Below are positions 1 to 7,522 of a stretch of 30,506 bases of DNA, piece after piece. The notes beneath the pieces were generated by a model, which was not told the origin of the DNA, ran no database searches, and was given only the letters and a program-made list of their open reading frames with translations. The DNA comes from a virus (Duplodnaviria > Caudoviricetes), in IMG/VR virus record IMGVR_UViG_3300005521_000785, positions 1-30,506 of that record; one strand, given 5' to 3'. A program made the translations under genes and the position numbers. Position 1 is the stretch's first letter. Every line of letters starts with the position of its first letter.

Positions 1-200
1 CCTTAAGGATGAAGAACTCAGAGAGGTTGACTTGCAAGGTCAGCTTTCTAACTGGGATTAGCCTCAAGCTTCTAAAGCGAGTAAGACTCGGCGCACTCTC
101 AGCGTGGCAACAGAATGAGAGTCAACTAAAACTTATTCACACCCCCCAGACCCCCCACGAAGATACCTGGAATGTTCTCGGGGGGTCTGGGGGGGGCACG
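1..200 (+). ncRNA. Candidate structured non-coding RNA or regulatory region, probably truncated by the window edge
   Basis: Consecutive stems: 23-31/39-47 (GCAA in loop), 78-82/86-90, 95-101/116-122 (inner TG-GCAA-CA), and a 15-bp stem 142-156/180-194. No credible CDS here. Family not recognised. Confidence 0.35.
142..194. repeat. Perfect 15-bp GC-rich inverted repeat (hairpin/cruciform)
   Basis: CCCCCCAGACCCCCC (142-156) is the reverse complement of GGGGGGTCTGGGGGG (180-194), with a 23-nt spacer. Confidence 0.9.
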
Positions 201-251
201 GAACTTGCTCTGGCCTTGAAAAACTTTTTTCAAAAAAATACCTCTGGAGCC

Positions 252-280
252 TTGACTTTTTCCAGTAATTGGAGTACTTT
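252..280 (+). promoter_or_regulatory. sigma70-like early promoter, probably leaderless transcript
   Basis: TTGACT (252-257), 17 nt, TACTTT (275-280); ATG at 289 lies 8 nt downstream. Shares TTGACTTTTTCCAG with the promoter at 510. Confidence 0.65.
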
Positions 281-288
281 GTATCAAG

Positions 289-492
289 ATGAACGAAGCA
301 AACATAACAGTAAACGAAGCAGGAACCCACGCAATCATGAACACCAGCAAAGGCAACCCTGTCTTTACCGCACCGATTAAAGAGCTTCATTCTTTTGATG
401 TTGACGGTCACGAAGGCGTTACAATGGAGGTTGTAGGGTGGGGCGAGTTTATATCCTACGATGATGGCGAGACTTGGCAGGATTGTGAATAA
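289..492 (+). CDS. Small acidic hypothetical protein (67 aa), early-region type
   Basis: ORF directly behind a promoter; CAAGATGAACGA start context shared with neighbouring ORFs. Confidence 0.75.
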   Translation: MNEANITVNEAGTHAIMNTSKGNPVFTAPIKELHSFDVDGHEGVTMEVVGWGEFISYDDGETWQDCE

Positions 493-509
493 CTTTCCGA
501 GATTAGCCA

Positions 510-538
510 TTGACTTTTTCCAGAAACTAGACTATATT
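510..538 (+). promoter_or_regulatory. sigma70-like early promoter, probably leaderless transcript
   Basis: TTGACT (510-515), 17 nt, TATATT (533-538); ATGs at 544 and 547; no Shine-Dalgarno. Confidence 0.75.
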
Positions 539-543
539 ATACC

Positions 544-762
544 ATGATGAACAACGACGACCTCAGAGACCTAATGCCCACCAGTGAAGAATTCTACGCC
601 GATGCCAAGGCTGAGTTTGGCGAGGTGGTAGAACCCGACCAGCCCAAGGGCCAATGCGAGGATGCGCCTTGCTGCGGTTGCTGCGGCCCTACCTATGATG
701 AGGTAGCCGACACCTACGCCGCTGATGCGTGGCACGACGCCCACGAATACCCAGAGTGGTAA
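544..762 (+). CDS. Small acidic Cys-rich protein with CEDAPCCGCC motif (72 aa)
   Basis: ORF behind a promoter; five Cys in 10 residues suggests metal binding. Start may be 547. Confidence 0.8.
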   Translation: MMNNDDLRDLMPTSEEFYADAKAEFGEVVEPDQPKGQCEDAPCCGCCGPTYDEVADTYAADAWHDAHEYPEW

Positions 763-779
763 AAAAATAAAAATTCAAG

Positions 780-998
780 ATGAACGAGAAAAAGAAACCG
801 ACCTACAGAAACTACTCAATCCAGTATGCCGATGGTGGCTGGTCTGGTGGTAAGTACCGCAACGAAGAACACGCTCGCGAAGTAGCGCACCTCATAAGTC
901 CTAGTCGTGAGATCGCAAAGGTAGAACAACGCAACCTGTTTTCGCCTGAAGTTGAAGAAGAACTAAGAAAAGAAAAAGACGAGTGGAGGTGCAGATAA
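780..998 (+). CDS. Small hypothetical protein (72 aa)
   Basis: ORF track; CAAGATGAACGA start context; tightly packed with neighbours. Confidence 0.75.
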   Translation: MNEKKKPTYRNYSIQYADGGWSGGKYRNEEHAREVAHLISPSREIAKVEQRNLFSPEVEEELRKEKDEWRCR

Positions 999-999
999 A

Positions 1000-1086
1000 A
1001 TGAACGATATTAGAAAACATCTCGACAAGTTCGGCGGTTGGTGGATAATCGCACTAACAATAACACTAATTACAATTAACCTTTAA
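1000..1086 (+). CDS. 28-aa single-TM micropeptide MNDIRKHLDKFGGWWIIALTITLITINL (not in ORF track)
   Basis: Translated by hand. Fills the gap exactly (1 nt each side), starts ATGAACGA, hydrophobic C-terminal half. Confidence 0.65.
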   Translation: MNDIRKHLDKFGGWWIIALTITLITINL

Positions 1087-1087
1087 G

Positions 1088-1279
1088 ATGAACGACATGA
1101 AGCAAGGAACACGAGTAAGCCACGAACGCAACCCGACGAAGGTTGGAACAGTAGTGGAGGACATTCACCCCAAGGCCCCTATATATGGATTGGTGCGCGT
1201 TAACTGGGATGATAACAACACAACCACGAAGATGCACAAGTTCACCTTGAAGGTCGTAAAGACAAACTGGTTACTCTAA
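1088..1279 (+). CDS. Small basic protein, possible SH3-like beta-barrel (63 aa)
   Basis: Pattern GTRV...VGTVVE...VRVNWDD...LKVV is typical of small SH3-like phage proteins (inference). Confidence 0.7.
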   Translation: MNDMKQGTRVSHERNPTKVGTVVEDIHPKAPIYGLVRVNWDDNNTTTKMHKFTLKVVKTNWLL

Positions 1280-1286
1280 AAAAATT

Positions 1287-1331
1287 ATGTTTTACCTTGG
1301 AATTATAGTCTTAGTGGCTATTTATTGTTAA
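1287..1331 (+). CDS. Possible 14-aa hydrophobic peptide MFYLGIIVLVAIYC
   Basis: Translated by hand. ATG 7 nt after the previous stop with an A-rich leader; very short, may be spurious. Confidence 0.3.
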   Translation: MFYLGIIVLVAIYC

Positions 1332-1500
1332 AAAACAACCCCCCCCTGTTTTTGAAAAAGTTTAGAGGTGTTTTTTTGTGTGTGGGTGGTGGGGGGTGCG
1401 TCTATATCTGCCCGACGCCTGAAGTTCCTAGTGATTTAATCGCGGGTAAATTTAAAAAAAAGTAAATATATATATTTTACGGCCAAAAAAATCGGAGAGG
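1331..1500. other. Non-coding boundary region with C-tract/G-tract and palindromes
   Basis: AAAAACA (1331-1337)/TGTTTTT (1347-1353) around a C8 run; GGGTGGTGGGGGG (1384-1396); GTAAA-TATATATAT-TTTAC near 1462-1480. Separates the small-ORF block from the long AT-rich operon. Confidence 0.5.
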
Positions 1501-1542
1501 GGCTTGATTTCACAGGTGCTTCCAATATACTTCCTTGTATAT

Positions 1543-2262
1543 ATGAAAACATTCATTTTTTGCACATCATATTTCGACAGCGAAGCAGACTACAAACATA
1601 GATATGCTAAATGGGCAGCTTACTATAGTAATGTAGAGCTAAGAAAAGATAAACCTATATTAATGATAGACGATGGCTCAGACCTATCCCTAATAGACGA
1701 AGAACATTTCGCCGTAATAAAAGCAGGAGATTTAACCAAGGATACAAAACTAGAAACAGAAAGAGTAAATTTAATATCTTTTGATGAGAGGGCTCCTCTC
1801 CACGAGAATGGTCAAGCGGCTAATTCGGCTGGATGGTGGAGAAGTTTCTTGTTTTCTCTTGAAATCGCAGAAAAACTAAATTTTGAAAAAATAATTCACG
1901 TAGAGTCTGATCTTTACTTGATATCACATAAGATAAGAAAATTTATCGACGATCTAGAAGAAGGATGGACTTCTTTCGTCTGCAATAAATATCATTGGCC
2001 CGAATCCAGCCTACAAGTTATTTGCAAAGATCAATTTAAAGAGTTTCAGGAGTTTGGAAAAGACCTAGAAGAACTAGGATTAACTAAAATCGACTCCATG
2101 AGAGGCCCCGCCGAGAACTTAATACCTTTTAGCAGTGTAATGGTTGGGTTTAATGGTTCTAGATATGGAGAAGCTTTAACAAATCAGATGCCAGGTATGG
2201 ATTACTTTGCCCAATGTAGAAATAATACTATAATTATACCAGAAACAGAAAGAAATGATTAG
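1543..2262 (+). CDS. Putative GT-A fold glycosyltransferase-like protein
   Basis: MIDDGS and IIHVESD (DxD-like) motifs; first gene of the sugar cluster. ATG 1543 preferred over TTG 1504. Confidence 0.6.
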   Translation: MKTFIFCTSYFDSEADYKHRYAKWAAYYSNVELRKDKPILMIDDGSDLSLIDEEHFAVIKAGDLTKDTKLETERVNLISFDERAPLHENGQAANSAGWWRSFLFSLEIAEKLNFEKIIHVESDLYLISHKIRKFIDDLEEGWTSFVCNKYHWPESSLQVICKDQFKEFQEFGKDLEELGLTKIDSMRGPAENLIPFSSVMVGFNGSRYGEALTNQMPGMDYFAQCRNNTIIIPETERND

Positions 2263-3112
2263 AAAAGGAATAATTCTAGCAGGAGGAGCTGGTTCTAGGT
2301 TATTTCCGCTCACTAACAACTATCCGAAAAGCTTATTGCCCGTATATGATAAGCCAATGATTTACTATCCCCTATCTACATTGATAGAAAATGGAATAAA
2401 TGACATATGTATCATATCTTCAGTCGAACACACCCCTAAGTTTAAAGAAATCTTGGGTGATGGTTCTAAATTCGGCGTAAACATACAATACAAAACACAA
2501 AGCAATCCAGAGGGCATCCCACAAGCCTTCACAATAGCCGAGGACTTCATTAACGACCAAAGCGTAGTACTTATACTAGGAGACAATGTTTGCAGCAACA
2601 GTAGCGTATTTAAAAGAGCTTTTAAAAACTTTAAATCTGGAGGAGCAGTATTCGGCTACGAGGTTACTGATCCAGAAAGGTATGGAGTAGTAGAATTTGA
2701 CTCAAAAGGCAAAGCGATATCAGTAGAAGAAAAACCCAAAGACCCTAAATCCAACTTCGCAATTCCTGGAATCTATCTTTTTGACAAAAATGCAGTAAAA
2801 ATAGCAAAAAGCTTAAAACCGTCAGCAAGAGGAGAGTATGAAATTGTTGACATGATTAAATTTTATTTAAATAAATCAAAATTAATAGTTTACAAGATGA
2901 ATCGTGGATGCGCTTGGCTAGATTCAGGAACTTCAAGTAGTTTACATGAGGCTTCAGTTTATGTTGCGGTAATTGAACGTCGTCAAGGAGTAAAAATAGG
3001 CTGTCCAGAAGAAGCTGCGTACAAAGCGAAACTAATATCTAAAGCTAAATTCAAACAAATCATCGACTCGATACCAGAATGCGAGTACAAACAACAGTTG
3101 AAAGACGTATGA
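2255..3112 (+). CDS. rfbA: Glucose-1-phosphate thymidylyltransferase
   Basis: GIILAGGAGSRLFP, LLPVYDKPMIYYPLS, LGDN, YGVVEF, EEKP, KPSARGEYEI, RGCAWLDSGT motifs. Confidence 0.96.
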   Translation: MIRKGIILAGGAGSRLFPLTNNYPKSLLPVYDKPMIYYPLSTLIENGINDICIISSVEHTPKFKEILGDGSKFGVNIQYKTQSNPEGIPQAFTIAEDFINDQSVVLILGDNVCSNSSVFKRAFKNFKSGGAVFGYEVTDPERYGVVEFDSKGKAISVEEKPKDPKSNFAIPGIYLFDKNAVKIAKSLKPSARGEYEIVDMIKFYLNKSKLIVYKMNRGCAWLDSGTSSSLHEASVYVAVIERRQGVKIGCPEEAAYKAKLISKAKFKQIIDSIPECEYKQQLKDV

Positions 3113-4020
3113 CTCAGACGGAACCAGTTAAGACAGCCGTAATCTATCATTACTATGACTATAATGACAACTTAGACTTCTTTTTGAAAAGCGGCGGTTT
3201 GTTAAATGATGAAAATTGTGATTTTTTCTTTATTTGTAATAAAAATGAGAATTTAATTCCAGAAGAGCTTACTAAAGGCTATTCCAATGTATACTTCTTG
3301 AACAGAGAAAATAAAAATTACGACTTTGGTGGATATGGGGAATTAATCTATAGCGACATCTTCGTAGAAGATAAATACGATTACTTTGTTTTTGTAAATG
3401 AAACAGCATGTGGCCCATTCTTAACTCCTAGAGACAAAAAAAAGCCATGGTATCAACATTTTACGGATCGTATAGATGAAAAAGTAAAAATCTTTGGAGC
3501 TTCTGCAATTCCGTTTTTTGGTGGAGATTTTCAGCCTCACATACAAGGGTGGTGCTTTTGCTTGGATAAGGTGAGTATGAATATAGCCAAAGCTTCGGGC
3601 GTATTAGCTAAAGATGAAGACGAGATGGATAAAGCCAATATGGTCTTCAGAAAAGAAGTAAGACTGTCGCAAGTATTATTAGAGAATAATTTCAATATAG
3701 ATTGTTTTAATCCTCATTATACAGGGGTAGATTGGCAGGTGTTAGATTGGAACAACAAAGAAACACAAACGGTTAATATCCAAGATTTTCCATATTTATT
3801 ACTTTGGGGAGCCGATCCAGAGACAATATTGAAATCACTATCGGTAAGAAATGAATCGGGGTATCAGTGTTATGATCCTTTTGAAACTATTTTTATTAAA
3901 AGATCAAAGTTTCACCTAACTCGTACTACAGATGAGCTTTTTACTAATTTTTATGACAGATATAGATATTACGGCCAATTTAAATCTTTGACAGAAGCTG
4001 CAAAAGCAAAACTATTATAG
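3109..4020 (+). CDS. RgpF (rhamnan synthesis F)-like / glycosyltransferase-like protein
   Basis: RENKNYDFGGY, FVNETACGPF, HIQGWCF and EVRLSQVLL resemble RgpF-like domains. Start 3109 gives an ATGA overlap with the rfbA stop. Confidence 0.6.
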   Translation: MTQTEPVKTAVIYHYYDYNDNLDFFLKSGGLLNDENCDFFFICNKNENLIPEELTKGYSNVYFLNRENKNYDFGGYGELIYSDIFVEDKYDYFVFVNETACGPFLTPRDKKKPWYQHFTDRIDEKVKIFGASAIPFFGGDFQPHIQGWCFCLDKVSMNIAKASGVLAKDEDEMDKANMVFRKEVRLSQVLLENNFNIDCFNPHYTGVDWQVLDWNNKETQTVNIQDFPYLLLWGADPETILKSLSVRNESGYQCYDPFETIFIKRSKFHLTRTTDELFTNFYDRYRYYGQFKSLTEAAKAKLL

Positions 4021-4031
4021 TTACCATAAAT

Positions 4032-4802
4032 ATGACTACTGAGAAATTATTCGAAGACCTTAAAGTCTTTCAATCTTATTTTTCTCCTTCACATAAAGGA
4101 GAGCTCATACCTGGCTTTGAACCCTTAGATGTTTCCATGAATCCTATACCCGATATGAGAGAGTTTCCTATAATAAGAAGCCTATATGAGGAGGGCCGTC
4201 ATAAAGAGAAAAAATATACAGGTTTATTTTCTTGGAAGTTTTCTCAAAAAATGAAAAATTGTGATTGGGGTCCGTGCTGGGATAGTCTCGATTATTATCG
4301 AGAAGTTGAGGAATTTTTATTTTTCCATTCTAATCGTGACGTTTATCTTTTCAACCCCTTTGGCGGAGACATAGAAAACCATGGTAATGTTTGGCGTCAA
4401 GGGGAGTGGTGTCACCCAGGTATGTGTAATATCGTAGAAACAATGTTTCGAGAGTTGTCTCTTGAAACTGATGATCCTATTTTTGACATGAAGGACAGGG
4501 GGTCTATACTTCAAGAACAATATGGTCACGAAACTTATTCTATGTGTAATTTTTGGATTGGTAACGAAAAGTTTTGGGATAGGTATATCCATTTTGTTGG
4601 TACGATTTATGACTTTATTAATAGTGATAGAATATCTCCCGATCTGAAGGAGGCGATACATAGAAATACTTTTCATGCTGGAGAAGGGAGCGTTTGGTTC
4701 ATTCCATTCATAATAGAAAGATGCACGAGCACTCTTATTAGTTGGGATGACGGTATAGAGTCAATTGGTTGGGTCAAAAATTGGAAAGCTCAAGCTTATT
4801 GA
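4032..4802 (+). CDS. Hypothetical protein, probably glycosyltransferase-like
   Basis: GLFSWKF, CNFWIG..FWDRY and FIIER motifs; located in the sugar cluster. Confidence 0.5.
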   Translation: MTTEKLFEDLKVFQSYFSPSHKGELIPGFEPLDVSMNPIPDMREFPIIRSLYEEGRHKEKKYTGLFSWKFSQKMKNCDWGPCWDSLDYYREVEEFLFFHSNRDVYLFNPFGGDIENHGNVWRQGEWCHPGMCNIVETMFRELSLETDDPIFDMKDRGSILQEQYGHETYSMCNFWIGNEKFWDRYIHFVGTIYDFINSDRISPDLKEAIHRNTFHAGEGSVWFIPFIIERCTSTLISWDDGIESIGWVKNWKAQAY

Positions 4803-4807
4803 AAAAA

Positions 4808-5704
4808 ATGATAACATTACTTGGATCATCTGGATATGTGGGTCAAGCCTTTGTAAAGGAAATGACCAAAAAACAAATTGGGTTTCATGAGGTTAATCGT
4901 GATTTAATTGATTATTACGACTTAGAGACTTTAATTGATTATATTGGGAAATTTAATCCTAAATTTATAATTAATTGTGCTGGTTATACTGGCAAACCTA
5001 ATGTCGATGCTTGTGAGAAAAACAAGGAGGAATGTTATAGAGCTAACGTTGAATTAGCTAAAAACATAGCTCTAGCTTGTTCTATAATGCGTGTTCCTTG
5101 GGGCCACGTTTCATCTGGTTGCATTTACACAGGAGATAAGGGTGATCAACAGGGGTTTACAGAAAAAGACCCTCCTAACTTTTGTTTTAGCAAGAATAAC
5201 TGTAGTTATTATTCGGGAACCAAGGTGTTGGGGGAAGAAATGGTAAAAGCCAATTCTGATGATTATTATATTTGGAGGTTGAGGATTCCATTTAATGAAG
5301 AAGATAATCCAAGGAATTATCTTTATAAGATGATGAATTATAATCAGCTTTTGGAAGCTGAAAATTCGGTTTCTCATTTATCTGATTTTGTTAATTCTTG
5401 TTTAGATTTATATGAGAAGAAAGCGGAGTTCGGCATTTATAACGTTGTTAATACTGGATTTATTACTACTTCTTGGGTAGTCGAGAAAATTAAGGAGTTT
5501 ACTGGGATGGAAAAAGATTTCATCTTCTTAAAAGACGAAGAGGAGCTTTATCAAATTGGGGCGAAGGCCCCAAGGTCTAACTGCATTTTAGATAACTCTA
5601 AATTACTAGACGCAGGTGTTGAAATACGTTCTGCCGAGGAGGCCATGATCGACTCTATTAAGGGGATAAAAAAAAGCGCTACATTAGAAGGGGTAGATAA
5701 GTAA
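4808..5704 (+). CDS. rfbD: NDP-4-keto-6-deoxyhexose reductase, RmlD-like of NRS/ER (3,5-epimerase/4-reductase) type
   Basis: GSSGYVG Rossmann motif, NCAGYTGKPNVDACE, SSGCIY, YSGTK (YxxxK), LRIPF..NPRNYL. Start at ATG 4808. Confidence 0.85.
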   Translation: MITLLGSSGYVGQAFVKEMTKKQIGFHEVNRDLIDYYDLETLIDYIGKFNPKFIINCAGYTGKPNVDACEKNKEECYRANVELAKNIALACSIMRVPWGHVSSGCIYTGDKGDQQGFTEKDPPNFCFSKNNCSYYSGTKVLGEEMVKANSDDYYIWRLRIPFNEEDNPRNYLYKMMNYNQLLEAENSVSHLSDFVNSCLDLYEKKAEFGIYNVVNTGFITTSWVVEKIKEFTGMEKDFIFLKDEEELYQIGAKAPRSNCILDNSKLLDAGVEIRSAEEAMIDSIKGIKKSATLEGVDK

Positions 5705-6825
5705 TGTTGCCTCTATTTAAAGTATTCATGTCTGAGACAGCGAAGAAAGCTGTTAACGAGGTTTTAGACAGTGGGTTTATTGGCCAAGGTCCTAAGGTTG
5801 AAGAGTTTGAAAGCCTCTTAAAGGAGTTCATAGGTAATGATTATGTTTCGACTACTAATGCAGCTACTTCAGCAGAACACCTAGCTTTGCGGCTGGCAAA
5901 AGGATTCGGAGTCGAAGACGGTGATGAAGTCCTAGCGTCTCCTCTTACGTGTACCGCAACTAATTGGCCCATCTTAGCTAATAACCTAAAGATCAAATGG
6001 GTAGATGTAAGCTCTGATAATCTTAATATGGATTTGGACGATTTAGAAAGAAAAATTACTTCATCAACGAAAGTCATCTTCTTGGTTCATTGGGGAGGTT
6101 ATCCAGTAAATTTAGACAGAGTTGAAAATATAGTAGACAAAACAGAAGCTATGTATGGATTTAGACCTATAGTGATCGAGGACTGCGCTCACGCTATAGG
6201 AAGCTCTTTTAAGGGTAAACCTATCGGAAGTCACGGAAACTTCTGTACGTTTAGTTTTCAGGCCATTAAACACCTAACTACAGGCGATGGAGGAATGTTA
6301 GTTTGCCCCAATAGTGAATACCATCGACGAGCTAAGCTTTTGAGATGGTACGGAATAGATAGAGATAGTAACAAAAAAGATTTCAGATGCGAAGCTGACA
6401 TTTCTGAATGGGGATACAAGTTTCATATGAATGATATCGCTGCAGCTATTGGTATAGAGAACATAAAAGAACTAAATACGAATATCGATCTTCATAAAGA
6501 TAATGCAAAATTTTACGATTTAGAGCTTTCTAATATAGATGGTGTTACTCCTATGAAGAGAGAAGAGGGCTCAGAATCATCTTTTTGGATTTATAGCTTT
6601 TTAGTAGACAGGAAAGACGATTTTATGAAACATATGAAAGAGCAAGAGATCATGGTAAGTCAAGTTCATGAAAGGAACGATATACATTCATGCGTTAAGG
6701 AGTTTAAGTCTCATCTACCTTCTCTAGATAAAATAACACCAAAACTAATATCAATCCCTGTAGGATGGTGGATTACTCATGAAGAGAGAGAGTATATAAT
6801 TAACAGTATAAGGCGAGGATGGTAA
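5704..6825 (+). CDS. DegT/DnrJ/EryC1/StrS family PLP-dependent sugar aminotransferase
   Basis: GPKVEEFE, GDEVL, VHWGG, IEDCAHAIG, FSFQAIKHLTTGDGGM (PLP Lys), GYKFHMNDIAAAIG. Confidence 0.93.
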   Translation: MLPLFKVFMSETAKKAVNEVLDSGFIGQGPKVEEFESLLKEFIGNDYVSTTNAATSAEHLALRLAKGFGVEDGDEVLASPLTCTATNWPILANNLKIKWVDVSSDNLNMDLDDLERKITSSTKVIFLVHWGGYPVNLDRVENIVDKTEAMYGFRPIVIEDCAHAIGSSFKGKPIGSHGNFCTFSFQAIKHLTTGDGGMLVCPNSEYHRRAKLLRWYGIDRDSNKKDFRCEADISEWGYKFHMNDIAAAIGIENIKELNTNIDLHKDNAKFYDLELSNIDGVTPMKREEGSESSFWIYSFLVDRKDDFMKHMKEQEIMVSQVHERNDIHSCVKEFKSHLPSLDKITPKLISIPVGWWITHEEREYIINSIRRGW

Positions 6826-6837
6826 AGGAGGAAACGG

Positions 6838-7518
6838 ATGAAAAAAAAGAAAAATTTTAATATAATTAAATATAATTTCGCGGAATGTATTAAAGATATT
6901 TTCAAGGTAGAAGACCTAGCTTATGTTCATGACTATTATAAATCTGACTACGAACTGTTTCCCGCTCCACAAGTAGGAAAACTAGCAAATGGGAAAATTA
7001 AAGGAACAGATCAAGGCACGGTATATCATGAAAAATATTATCAAGAGATAGCTGGTACTGATTTTTTTAATATATATAAAGAATTTGTAGCTAATGAAAT
7101 TTATCCTCTTTTTCTTGAAGATATCCTCTTTCAAAAAATACCCACCTTTAGGGTTCAACTGCCGAATAACTTAGCTGTAGGAGGTTGGCACAAAGATAGA
7201 AACTATAATCACTCAAGTGACGAAGTAAATATTTTTCTACCCTTAACCGAAGCGAAGGACTCAAATACCATTTGGGCAGAAAGCGAAGAGGGCAAAGCTG
7301 ATTATAAGCCAATGAACGCAGAATATGGAGAATATCACGTCTGGGAAGGAGCAAACCTTAACCATGGCAATAAGCAAAATAAAGAAGGTAAGTGCAGGGT
7401 GAGTATCGACTTCAGAATTCTACCTTTTAGTAAGTATGATGAGTCTGCAATAAAAGAAAGTTATGGCATTGGTGCAAAATTCAAATTAGGGGAATACTGG
7501 GAATTCTTAAAGATATAA
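6838..7518 (+). CDS. StrG-like Fe(II)/2OG oxygenase-fold protein
   Basis: QKIPTFRV, WHKD (HxD), NIFLPLT, distal H in LNHGN, RVSIDFR; AAGGAGG SD upstream. Confidence 0.7.
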   Translation: MKKKKNFNIIKYNFAECIKDIFKVEDLAYVHDYYKSDYELFPAPQVGKLANGKIKGTDQGTVYHEKYYQEIAGTDFFNIYKEFVANEIYPLFLEDILFQKIPTFRVQLPNNLAVGGWHKDRNYNHSSDEVNIFLPLTEAKDSNTIWAESEEGKADYKPMNAEYGEYHVWEGANLNHGNKQNKEGKCRVSIDFRILPFSKYDESAIKESYGIGAKFKLGEYWEFLKI

Positions 7519-7522
7519 GGCT

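Noticed and set aside
26-126. GTTGAC/GTCAAC pair suggesting a HEARO/omega RNA of IscB elements
   Set aside because: The order is opposite to what I recall for that RNA, and there is no IscB, TnpB or Y1 transposase in the window.
9-380. 123-aa + strand ORF, and minus ORFs 126..356 and 133..510
   Set aside because: They run through homopolymer hairpins and a promoter, overlap the better-supported ORF at 289, and translate to low-complexity Gly/Pro runs.
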